Source: Zancudomyces culisetae HAW-14-8 (Eukaryota; Fungi; Kickxellomycota). From it: a stretch of DNA of 64,000 nucleotides. Location of the stretch: assembly GCA_052426225.1 (NCBI GenBank), contig JBNJNM010000021.1, positions 1,116,001 to 1,180,000 of the forward strand, written 5' to 3'. The notes under the pieces were generated by a model, which worked only from the letters and a program-made list of their open reading frames with translations, was not told the DNA's origin and searched no databases. Positions 45,315 through 56,698 of the stretch are shown one piece after another. Made by a program: the position numbers and the translations under genes. Position 1 is the first letter of the stretch; each line of letters begins with the position of its first letter.

Positions 45315-48300
45315 TTACTCCCTTATTATATCATCTTCTTCATATATTTTCTGTCTTTTAGCTAAGTCAACTGTTAATCTTCTATAAGTTGGTATTTCTT
45401 CTAAATATTTTATTCTTGTCTTCATTGCCAGTTCCTTATCGATGTCTAGCGGTATGTAACTATTCCATACTTCTGGCGTTAAGAGTTTTAATCCATATAC
45501 TATCTCTGCAGGTGATCTTCCTAAACTCTTATGTTGTGTAGTCCTCATTGTTAGTAGAGCTCGCCAGATGTGAGCATCCCAGTTTCCTGGTCTACTGATT
45601 GTTTGTTTTATCAATAACTGTTTTAGAGTCTGGTTCGATCTTTCAATCTGGTCATTTGTTGATGGTCTATATGCTGTTACCGGTCGTTGTTCTATACCTA
45701 AAAATTCATTATATCTCGCGCACGCTTCGTTACTTAGGTGGGTACCCCGATCTGTTATAATTATTTTTGGTACTCCGAAATTTGCAACTATTAATTCTGT
45801 TATAAATGTACAAATAGTTTCGGCATTTACAGATTTTACCGGTAGTGCCACCGGCCATTTGGTAAAATAGTCAACGGCCATAATTATGTATTTGTTTCCT
45901 TCCGGCTCCGTAACAGGTGAGATAGGGCCAGCCACGTCGAGGCCCCAAACTTTGAATGGTTCACTAGGTATAATTGGATGCAAATTCTCTGCTTTTTTCT
46001 GAATGTAGTTGGTTCGCTGGCATACTTTGCATCTTTCGACTATTAGCATTACTACTGGAAAGCTTCCTGGTGCATAATAATGATCGTTCAAGTACTTGTA
46101 CGTTGCTGTTGTATCCCTATGCTGTTCATAATGAATATTATATATGGTTTCGTAAAGTTCTTTAGGATGTAAATATTTTCTTTGTGATTTGTCATTGTGA
46201 ATTATTTTGTTGTCTTGTACCGAAAACTTTGATAGTATTTTATCGTTTGGTATATTAGTCTTGTCCTTTATTCGTTCCTTAAGTTCCTCGTATCCTTTTG
46301 TTGAAATATAAAGTACCTCTTCCACTTGTTCGGGAATATCTTCCCAAGGGAACCTGCTTAAATAATCAGCTGGATTATTTTTCCCTTCTCTGTGAATTAC
46401 CTTGAACTCATAATGTCTAAGCTTTAATATCCACCTGCCTATTCTTCCTTTAGCTGGTTCTTTTTTAAATAATTCCACTAAAGCGCTATGATCAGTTATT
46501 ACAGTAAACGCTCGACCGTATAAATAATAATGAAAATGGGTGATTGCCCAAATTACCGCTAAGCCTTCAAGATGTGTGATACTGTAGTTGCTTTCTGCTT
46601 GCGATAAAGTTCTGCTTGCGTAACATACGATTCGATTTTTCCCTTCGGTGCCTTGAGCCAGTATTGCTCCTAAGCCTGCGGTTGATGCGTCTGTTATTAA
46701 GGTAAGTTCTTGGTCCCAATCTGGATGATTTAAAATTGGCTTGTTTGTGAGCTGTTGTTGTAAATAGTTAAATGCTTCTTGCTGCGGTACTCCCCATTTG
46801 AATGCAGTATCTTTCTTAGTTAAGCTCGTTAAGGGCTTCGCTATACTGGAGAACCCTTTTATAAATTTTCTATAATATCCGACTAGTCCCAAGTAACTTC
46901 TAAGACTATTAATATCCGTAGGTGGTTTCATTTGTTTTACCTTGTCAACATTTTCGGTGTCCGGTTGTATTCCATTCTTGTTTATGATATGTCCTAAATA
47001 CCGTACTTCAGTATATCCTATTCGGCATTTATCCGCATGTAATTTTATGTTTTTTATTTTTAATAGTTCAATTACTCTATACACATCTTGTATATGTTTA
47101 TCAAAAGTTTTTGAATACACTATTATGTCATCTATGTATACTAAAACACATCGATGAAGTTCTGTTTTTAACACATCTTCCATAACTCTCTGGAAAATCG
47201 ACGGGGCATTTGTTAGCCCAAACGGTAACACAGTAAACTGGAATAGCCCTAAACCCGGTCCAGGCGAAAATGCAGTCATCTCTTGTGTTGCTGGATCTAA
47301 CGGAATCTGCCAGTAACCACTCAGAGCGTCCAAAGTGGTAAAGTATCTGGCTCCTTGCAAATTACTTAAGATTTCGTCGATGTTTGGGATCGGGTAAGCG
47401 TCTTTTTTCGATACATCGTTCAATTTTCTGTAGTCGACGCAAAGTCGTTTTTTGCCATCTTTTTTCCTGACGACTACCATGGGAAAACAGTACGGGCTGT
47501 TTGACTTTACAATTATCCCTTGGTTCTTCATTTCGTCCAGCTGTTCTAGTACCTCGTCTTGTAACCGCTTTGCTACCCGATATGGTTTACAGTGAATTGG
47601 GTTTTGATCAATTAGTATAACTCGAATTGGTTTTACGTAGGCTCCTTTAAATTCTTCTAGATTGTGTGCGAATTGATCGCTATTATGAGTTATGAGTGAG
47701 ATTAATCTTTCTTTGAGCGGTCTTTCCAACATTTGGTTAAGCACTTTACTTTCCGTATCAACAAGGTGTACATTTTTACTTGTTATTTCGTTTATATTAC
47801 TATTTTCCTGACGTAATATTAACGGTATTTGATGTTGTACTCCGTTTATATGACATTTTATTACGTTATCTTTTAGATTTATTTGGGCATTTAAACACGC
47901 TAACAAATCTACGCCCAGAAGTAAAAGGTCTGATTTTCCTTGTTCAATAGAATGGATTGGTATATGAACATTAAAAGTATCAAAGGTTAATCGGACAGAT
48001 GGATAATATCGTGAAGATGTCGGTCTCCCTTCTACTCCGATGATGGTAACATTTGATGTTTGACCATTCCCTAATTTTAGCTTTTTGGCCATCTTTGCAC
48101 TCATTAGATTTGTCGCCGCTCCACTGTCATACTGAAACCATGTGTTTATTCCGTTGATTGTTACCTTCCCCATGATTGCATTTATCTTTCGGCTTATATC
48201 CGATTGAAATATTGTCGGCTGACTGCTGTATTGTTCCTTCAAATCTACTAGGTTGATTTCTTGTGTTTGATGCTCATTCACCGGTCTCCGTGGAGTAGCA

Positions 48301-49379
48301 GTCCTCATTTCTACATCTTCTATTGATGTGGGACAGTTATTTGCGAAATGGCCCATTTGTCTGCATTTATAACATTTAATGTTACGAGCGTTCGTTGTCG
48401 GTTGTTTAAACTGTTTTGTCGGAGTTATGTATTCGTTTTTTGGCACTTCTCTGTATTTAGTATTTTTATATTGAGATATTTTACTATAATTTTTCTCTCT
48501 TATTTTATTGTTAAATGAATAATTAATGTTTTTGTTGTTATCTGTTTAATAATTTTTGTTAGTATTATTATTATTTTTTTTGTAATAAGTATAGAAGTTT
48601 ACTTTTGAATAATTTATGTTTCGCACACCCTGAGATTGTTTGGAAGTAATAAAATCTTCCTCCCTTTGTAACATGTATTCCAACATGGTTTTCAATGTTA
48701 TCCCCTTTGGATTATTTCTCATGTGTTGTTTATCAGTCGGGTTAAGTTTTTTAAACGTTTCTTCAGCCATAGTTGCTTCATCTTCAACCTTCATATTTTT
48801 AAATATCGTTTAATATCTGCAAAGGTTGTTATTGGATTATTGTTATAGAGATTATATATTTCAAACTGTTTCTTAGCTTCTGAAGTGTCGCGATATCTCT
48901 GACAGGTACTAATAAAGAGTGTGCAATACTCTTCCCAATTATCTTGTATGGTCATAAGATCAACCAATGTCTTTTTTATACCTCCTTCGAGAAAAGTTTC
49001 TAAGTAAGTATACGTTTCTTCCAATGTTAAGATCTGCTCCAATGCGTTAACATGCTTACAGAATCTGTTTATAAACTCCTCCGGGTCTTGATCCCACGTA
49101 TTTCTAAATATTGGCGGTGGTACTGGTAACCAGCCAGGTGCGGAAGTATCTTGTCCCCGCTTAATTCTTTCCTGTGTAGCTTTGATATTAGTTTCAAATA
49201 TCTCTTTCACTGTCTTCTTTCCTACTACCTGTGGCAGTTTTGTTTTTTTCTTTGAACTAGATTCAGCCTTCTCAGCCTTCTTTTCTGATTCAGTATCGAA
49301 ATTAAAAATTTCGATACTTCTAGGGGCATATTCTTTGATTTTTTTGACACCATCAAAAAATAATCTTTTAGCTACCTGA
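45315..49379 (-). pseudogene. Frameshifted gag-pol of H
   Basis: Gag fragments 48791-49210 and 48546-48794; 1043-aa CCHC-PR(YDSGA)-RT(YIDD)-RH-IN ORF 45315-48446 frameshifted before the GPF motif. Confidence 0.9.
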
Positions 49380-49555
49380 GCTGTGGTTGATTCTGGTGCT
49401 GATAGACTTCCGTCTGCACTTCTTGGTGAGAAATAAAGTGCAGGAGAATCATATAATTCTGGACTTGCACTCTTCGGTTTTGTATCCTTGTGATCATCCG
49501 TAAAAGAATGATCCTGTCGCTGACGCCATGTCGCAATATTGGATCTGGGCGTTAC

Positions 49556-50032
49556 TGTTAGATACCAATATTATACACAATAATATTGATATTAACTAAT
49601 TGACACACAGTTAATTTTAAAAGTTATTATTAATTATACTAGTTTAAAACACACAGTAATAATATAATATTAGTTAATAATATCTTTATTATTTTTTAAC
49701 GAGATTGACAAACTTAATTGTTCATGAAAGGGATTAGTATCACCTTTTATACATATAAGTTTGTTCTAAAACTTTAATATAAACTAATACTATTAATATA
49801 ACTATTATTAATAAACAAATAAACTAATAACATTAATATCACAATATTAATGTGGATACATTATATATTGATCATGTGTATCAATATTAATGTTTTAAAC
49901 TAATAATTATATAATAATTAATTAATATAACTAAATTAAATAATATTAATGATACAGATGTATAGACATTAATATTAATTAATACATATTGTATTAAATA
50001 TACAATATTATGATACATGTGTATTCATAACA
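49556..50032. repeat. Solo LTR nested in the H 5' LTR, TSD GTTAC
   Basis: TGTTAGA...CATAACA, 5-bp TSD, absent from the other H LTR. Confidence 0.9.
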
Positions 50033-50637
50033 GTTACACAATTGCTCTGTAACCTTATCCCCATTTGCGCAGAATGGGGTGACACACACCCCTTTGGAGG
50101 TGTAGGAGAAAGTCTGATCCCCGACGGACTCCCTAGGCTGCTACGGATCTGTATCTGACGCACGCTAGTGGTCAGATCTTTCAAGGTCTGGGGGCTTAAT
50201 ACCCCAGCATCCTGATCCATGCTGCTGCTAGTACTTCTTCCGGAAGATGATGAAGTGGTACTTATTGCCATCTCCTCATCTTCATACCCATTTGAGTAGT
50301 ACATTTTCGTAGTTTTGTTATATTTTTTTATTATTAACTAGATTTTTTTTATTTATACGTCCGTATATTAAGACATGGATGACGCTTTCAAATTCATCCT
50401 ATGTCTTTTATTTATATAAACTAACTCTTTATAAATAATCACTAAACTATCATCCATAAAAAATAATATTACTATATTAATGGTTGCGTTGAAACGTTGG
50501 TGTATGAATGTGTTGTTAACAATCATTCATACATATTTCAACGTTTCTTGAATGAACAATGTAATTGTTCAGCAACGTGTAATCTGATCCAATACACGTT
50601 GCTATGCCGTGATACCCGGATCTAGTTAATCGACAGT

Positions 50638-51000
50638 TGTCGCATTATTAGCAATTTGTACAAGAGTACGCGTATGTGCCTGAAAATGGTACACTCAGTA
50701 CGAAAATGCATATACATTTTGATTATTTTTTTTAAATATATTCAAATAATTTTGAGCTCAGGATGCAATCAATTTTTCAACTGAGCTTGTTCAATAATGA
50801 TGAAGGTAAAATGTAAAATGATCCTATTTATTATCATTTATCATTAATAACAAACAAACATATTATAGCCGTTAATATTACTTCTTAATACCCATAATTA
50901 ATCTTCATATTTTATCTTATATTTAATCATTTCGTTTATGCTTCGTTGAAATTATCTAAGAATTACAACTTGTTTATTCAATAAATCTCGTTCTGTGACA
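50638..51000. repeat. Probable solo LTR
   Basis: TGTCGCA...TGTGACA, AATAAA near the right end, 2 bp from the end of H. Confidence 0.65.
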
Positions 51001-51776
51001 CAGAAAATAGAGCCAAGATAAAAAACCTTCCAGTACCACAATTAAACCCTCGACAAGCACAATAACAACAACAGCAAGCACAACAACACAGCCAGATCAA
51101 AATGCGGTTACCAAAAACCAAGATAAACAAAAGAACAAAGACGATGACGTGAATAGTGAAGCTATAAATACTGCTCAGGGAGAATCAGTCATTATCACGT
51201 TAAACAATATAGGTGTAAACGATAAACAGAGTCACACTTATACCTACGAAGATAAAGAAATGAAAGACGAAATAACCGAAACAAGTAACAATACAGAAAA
51301 CCAAACCACACACGAAGAAAACCAAACACCACAAAATATTGAAACTGGGATGGCCGTTGACGAAGAAAACTTGGACAACACCCCACAACCAAACACACCA
51401 CTCATAAACACCAATGCTATCCAGCTACGGCGCTCACTCAGAAACGCCAATAAACCCCCAAAATCTTTATTAATTATTAATGTTTTATAACAAAAAAATA
51501 TTGAAAAACCAAAAAAAATTATAAAGAGAAAACAAAAAAAAACAAAAAATATAAAACTATAAATACTATATATTTTACCTTGAATCGTAACATTAGATTT
51601 AGTCGTTTAGTCGTTTCCATTTTATTTTATATAATAGGTACAATGAAAATATTTCAATATGTTATGACTAAAAAAAATAGAAAAAGAAAAGAAACTGAAA
51701 TTAGTAAAAAAATTACTATAAAAAAATAATATCAGTATGCAAAAAAATTTGGAAAAAATAATGGAGAAAAATTTCT

Positions 51777-51808
<32 letters not shown>

Positions 51809-53115
51809 GATAACAAAAAATATGTCATAAGAAATTAATATATCATTGATTTTAAATAGATTTCATGTTAATTTAATGCAGCTGGAACGTCCGTGGATTG
51901 TCAACCACACAAAAAAGGACAAAAATTTTTGCACACTTGAAACAAATAACAAATGGAAAAATTATTTGTTTACAAGAGGTGCACATAAAAGATGAAAAAA
52001 TTAATTTTTGGACCGAACAATGGGGCGGCCAGTCAGTGTGGAGTAAACATTGTGCATTACTAATTAAAAATACAAGGTTGAAAATTACTGACAGCAATAT
52101 ATTAGCAGTGGGGAGAGTAATAAAGGCTACTGTTGAAGGACAGGAGCTAAAAACCATTGAATATATTGTGTGTATATTTCCCAGCTACCCACCGGGAAAG
52201 ATACGAATTCATGGCTAAATACCTCCACCTTCTGGAGAAAAATGAAAATATGATTATAATGGGGGATTTCAACATGGCAGAAAACAATAATAAGGATAGA
52301 TGGCATTCAAAAAATAACATTAGTGACTGGAGGCATCTAAAATTCAACATCCACAGGCTGGAATTGGTTAATATATACTCTAAATTATACCCTGATGAGT
52401 TTCATGTCTTGAACTGATTCTAGAATGTTCGAAAACGTTCTAGAATCATCTGATTTTATTCCGCAGTAATGTTTAGAATGTTGGGGAACATTCTAGAACA
52501 TTACCGAAAATTCACATTATTTATTAATTTTTCTTACGTAATAATTTTCACATGTTTAATTTTATTAGCATTCGTGTTTGATTTTTGTTTGATTACTAAT
52601 CCAATTTGATTAGTAATCAAACACGTTTTACTTTAACTTGCATTTTTACTATTCCGCAGTTTTCATAGTGATTTTGTTCAAAAACCAAGGCTGGAAAAAA
52701 GTATAAAAAGGGTACAATTTTCCTGTCTTGGATTCAGTATCTAGTATCTTGTATACATACATACAATAAACTTTAATAATAATAAATATAACTTTCCTGA
52801 CTCCAGATCTTGACATTTCAATACACTTGGAAGGGCTAAGGAAGGGAATCTAGGCCGAGACTTGACCATATACTTGTCTCTAAAAACACATCCAATTTCT
52901 TTAAGACATGACTATAGAGAGCGGACCGTATTCTGATTACAAGATTATATGTGTTGAAAGTGAGATTTTAGAGCCAAAAAAAAATTAAACCCTTATGGAA
53001 GCTAAATTGCAGTCATCTAACCGATCCTGAGTTTATTGATGAGGTTACTGATCTTTTGGAGAAAATGAATTGTAATAATGATATCGAAATTCTTACCAGA
53101 TGGAGCATCATTAAG
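51001..53115 (+). mobile_element. Decayed non-LTR retrotransposon (L1/Tx1-like) relic: possible ORF1 tail plus APE endonuclease
   Basis: SWNVRGL, ICLQEVH and IIMGDFN motifs, then after the nested LTR YTW..RLDHILVS and WKLN motifs; frameshifted. Confidence 0.8.
52405..52815 (+). repeat. Solo LTR of the E/F chromovirus family, TSD TTTCA
   Basis: Near-identical to the E LTR; 5-bp TSD on both sides. Confidence 0.95.
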
Positions 53116-53916
53116 TGTTATAAACAATGAGCTGCTTATAACTTGGCTTAGAGATTTGTTATGCTTGATTAATATTTATTTAGGAAGAAGTAAGTATTTA
53201 GAAAAATATTATATTTGATGTGTTGATAAATATATATTTTTTTCTGATGTATCCCAACGGAATTTCGAAGGGTTTATATAATTTTTCATCAGAGAATTTT
53301 ACTGTGAAGAAAAACTTAAAGTCAATAAATATTAGCTATAAAATTTGTCTATGTAAAAGTGAACTAGTTTAAGGTATCTACTTATCGTGAAATTTGTAAT
53401 TTTCATTTGTTGATTTTAACATAGATATGGTTTATCAATTTTAACATTGATTTAGTATATCAATTTTAACAATGATTTTGTTTATTGATTTTATCATAGT
53501 TTTTGATTATCGATTTTAGCATAAATTTGTTTATCGATTTTATCATGGTTTTTGTTTATTGATTTTATCATAGTTTTTGTTTATCGATTTTAGCATTGAT
53601 TTTGTTTATCGATTTTAGCATTGATTTTGTTTATCGATTTTATCATGGATTTGGTTTATCCAATTTTTTCATGGATTTGATTTATCCAATTTTTTCAATG
53701 ATTTTTGTTAAATTTAATTATTGGAAAATTTCTTGATTTTACTTAGTAAATTTTCCCAATAATAATATCAGAAAATTCATGGTGAATTATGCAAACATGA
53801 TTCCAATGTCGGTATGGCATATTAGAAAACCGGAAATGAAATAATAAAATAGGTTAGATTTTTAGTAGGCCAAAATGTAACTAAAAATTATGTTCCAGGA
53901 ATTGGCCATTCCTAAC
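53116..53916. repeat. LTR of the 43852 family with tandem repeats; no TSD
   Basis: Same TGTTATAAACAATGAGCTGC start; ends at GCCATTCCTAAC; its flanks belong to different elements. Confidence 0.85.
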
Positions 53917-56236
53917 TCCTTGAGTCGGCGAATAGTAGTCAAGATTTGAAAAAATCATTGGCAGAACGCCATGTTGTCCGCGATGAGATTTCTAATGTAG
54001 AAGATAAAAATTCAAGAAAACCCTTTGAATCAGATTTAATATCTGATAACAAATTCTTACAAGTTATCTCAAATACATTAACTTCCCACCAAATTCTTCA
54101 TGACGTAACTGATGAACACTTTATAACTCTTCCAACAAAGTATCAAAATATAAAGACGATATTCAAAATCCAAATCCGAGTTACTTCCTGAAGATCGTCC
54201 TTACGACTGCAAAATTCCACTTAAAGATACCAATTCTATTCCACCATTTAAACCACTTTATAATTTATCTGGACCCGAACAAAAATGTTTAGAAGAATAC
54301 ATTCGCGAAAATCCACAACTAGGTTATATCCGCCCCAGCAAATCACTTGCTGGCGCGCCAATATTCTTTGTCAAAAAGAAAGATGGTACTCTACGACCAT
54401 GTATCGATTTCCGAGAATTAAACGAACTTACAGTGAAGAATAGATACCCTCTACCTTTTATAACAGAACTACTAGACCGATTAGCTGGTGCTAAGATATT
54501 CACAAAAATTGATCTACGAGGAGCTTACAATCTCGTACGAATGAAGCCCGGTGAAGAATGGAAGACTGCTTTCCGTTCAAGATATGGCCACTTCGAATAT
54601 CTGGTTATGCCGTTTGGCTTAACCAACGCTCCCGCTGTTTTTCAGCATATGATGAACGATATCTTTCGTGATTTACTTGACATTTCCGTCATTGTGAACT
54701 TGGACGACATATTAATTTTTTCAGAAAACCCAACAAAACATATTGACCATGTCAAAGAAGTTTTTGATAGACTAAGAAGAAACAATCTTTATGCCAAGCT
54801 TGAAAAATGTATATTCGACCTGAATTCTGTAGAATTCTTAGGATTCATTGTATCAGATACTGGTGTTTACATGAGTCAAGAGAAAATTAAAACTATAATC
54901 GACTGGCAAGAACCAAAAAATGTTAAAGATATCATGAGCTTTCTGGGATTCGCCAACTTTTATCGACGATTCATAAAAAACTACTCAGAAATTATCAAAC
55001 CCTTAACTGACCAAACTAGAAAAAATGTTGGATTTGAATGGAACGAAGAAAGTAACGATGCCTTCTTAAAACTAAAAAGATTGATTACTTCAGCTCCAAT
55101 ATTAATCCATGCTAATTCTAAACAACAATTCATACTTGAAACTGACGCCTCGGATTTTGCTATAGGCGCAGTACTTTCTCAACAAATTTCACCCGAAGAT
55201 CCGAAACTCACCCAATTGCGTTTTATTCAGAAAAGTTAATCGATGCAGAAATTAACTACGATGTACATGATAAAGAGCTATTGGCCATAGTAGATTCATT
55301 AAAACACTGGAGACATTACCTAAGTGGGTCTACACATCCGATCCTAGTTTATTCGGACCATCGAAACCTTACTTTTTTTAGGACAAGACGAATTTTAAAC
55401 CAAAGACACGCTCGTTGGGCTGGTATTCTATCGGAATACGATTTTAAGTTAAGCTATTGCCCTGGTGCTTTAAATCCTGTTGCAGATGCGCTAAGTCGTA
55501 GAACCGACTTTCCTCCTAAAGTAGGGGATGGTTTCATAAATCCTCAAAAGTTTGAGACAGTTCTATTACCAAAACAAACATGACTAAACACTATCAAAAC
55601 TGTAGAAACAAACTAACGTATCATAACTAGCAACTCTGAAAAACTTGAAATTGTAAAAACGAGACATGACGCCTTACAAGCAGGACATAAAGGTCAAGCA
55701 AAAACATTTGAATTAGTAGCCAAAGACTTGTATTGGGATGGTATGCGAAATTACATAAAATAATATGTAAAAGGATGCGACACGTGTCAAAGAAATAAGA
55801 ACAATAGACACAAACCATTCGGACTATTACAACCACTACCGATTGCCAAGAAACCATGGAGTAGCGTAACTCTTGACTTTATTGTTAAGCTCCCAAAGTC
55901 AAATGGTTTTGACTCAATACTAGTTATTGCTTGTAGACTGACAAAACTAGCTCACTTTATCCCATGCAACGAAAATATTGACGCTAAAGGAACTTCGAAA
56001 TTATTTTTTGACAACATCTATAAACTTCATGGCTTACCAGCAGAAATTATATCCGATCGTGGACCACAATTTCGTTCAGCATTCTGGAATGCTATAATGA
56101 CAAGTTTAAATATTGAAGTGAAATTATCCACGGCCTATCACCCCGAGACTGATAGCCAAACAGAAAGAATAAATCAAACCTTAGAACAATATTTGAGATG
56201 CTAAGTAACCTACAATTAGGACAACTGGTCCGAACT
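53917..56236 (+). pseudogene. Decayed pol fragment (RT-RH-partial IN) of a second chromovirus-like family
   Basis: ORFs 54433-55239 and 55281-55583 with KIDLRGAY, EEWKTAF, LDD and ETDASD motifs; stops and frameshifts. Confidence 0.9.
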
Positions 56237-56698
56237 TGTTAGAACTAGATATATTTTATTTAATGAACTTGATTTAAGAAAAATATTAACTTTATTAAAC
56301 TAAAGAGAATATTTTTCACTGACGATTTCCACAACGAAATTAGTTGGGTTTATATACTTTTTCGTCAGCGAAAATTTCATGAAAAAAACCAAGGTCGCAA
56401 GACCTTGTTTATCGAAGAAAAAATATTTTCTTACTTCGATAAACATTCAAGGAGTTTGACCCTTGACTAGTTTCATGATTTTCAATGTTGGGGTTTAGTT
56501 CAACATTGTGTTGTTTTGGTTTATGTAAAATAAAAACAGTTACTAAAAATCGAATTGGTAATAAATTAATTTCATGATTACCTAAATCAATTTATGTAAC
56601 TTTACTAAAATGGAAATTCAACTTACTAATTTAATTAAACTAAAATAGAAATAAAATTAATTAAAAATAAATTATAGAACTACGTTCTATTCATAACA
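56237..56698. repeat. LTR without TSD (distantly related to the 43852/53116 family)
   Basis: TGTTAGAA...TTCATAACA; shared GGGTTTATATA..TCAG.GAAA block; flanks GAACT/TACGT. Confidence 0.75.

Larger units (their letters stand above)
43183..50635 (-). mobile_element. Decayed Ty3/gypsy element H (second lineage); both LTRs interrupted
   Basis: 3' LTR 43183-45007 (two insertions), 5' LTR 49529-50635 (one insertion), PBS 49511-49528 abutting the LTR, PPT 45008-45020. Confidence 0.92.

Noticed and set aside
43524-50304. LTR-encoded small protein (ORFs 43524-43835 and 50008-50304)
   Set aside because: The duplication reflects the two LTRs, both ORF ends depend on later insertions, and the GC-rich hairpin region explains the lack of stops
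51781-51808. T28 run as the poly(A) tail of a separate retroposed insert
   Set aside because: No TSD or identifiable body was found; it may be a simple homopolymer in the LINE inter-ORF region
14649-56236. RIP-like hypermutation
   Set aside because: Only scattered CA-to-TA type changes; recent duplicates (E/F and the LTR pairs) remain near-identical and many lesions are indels
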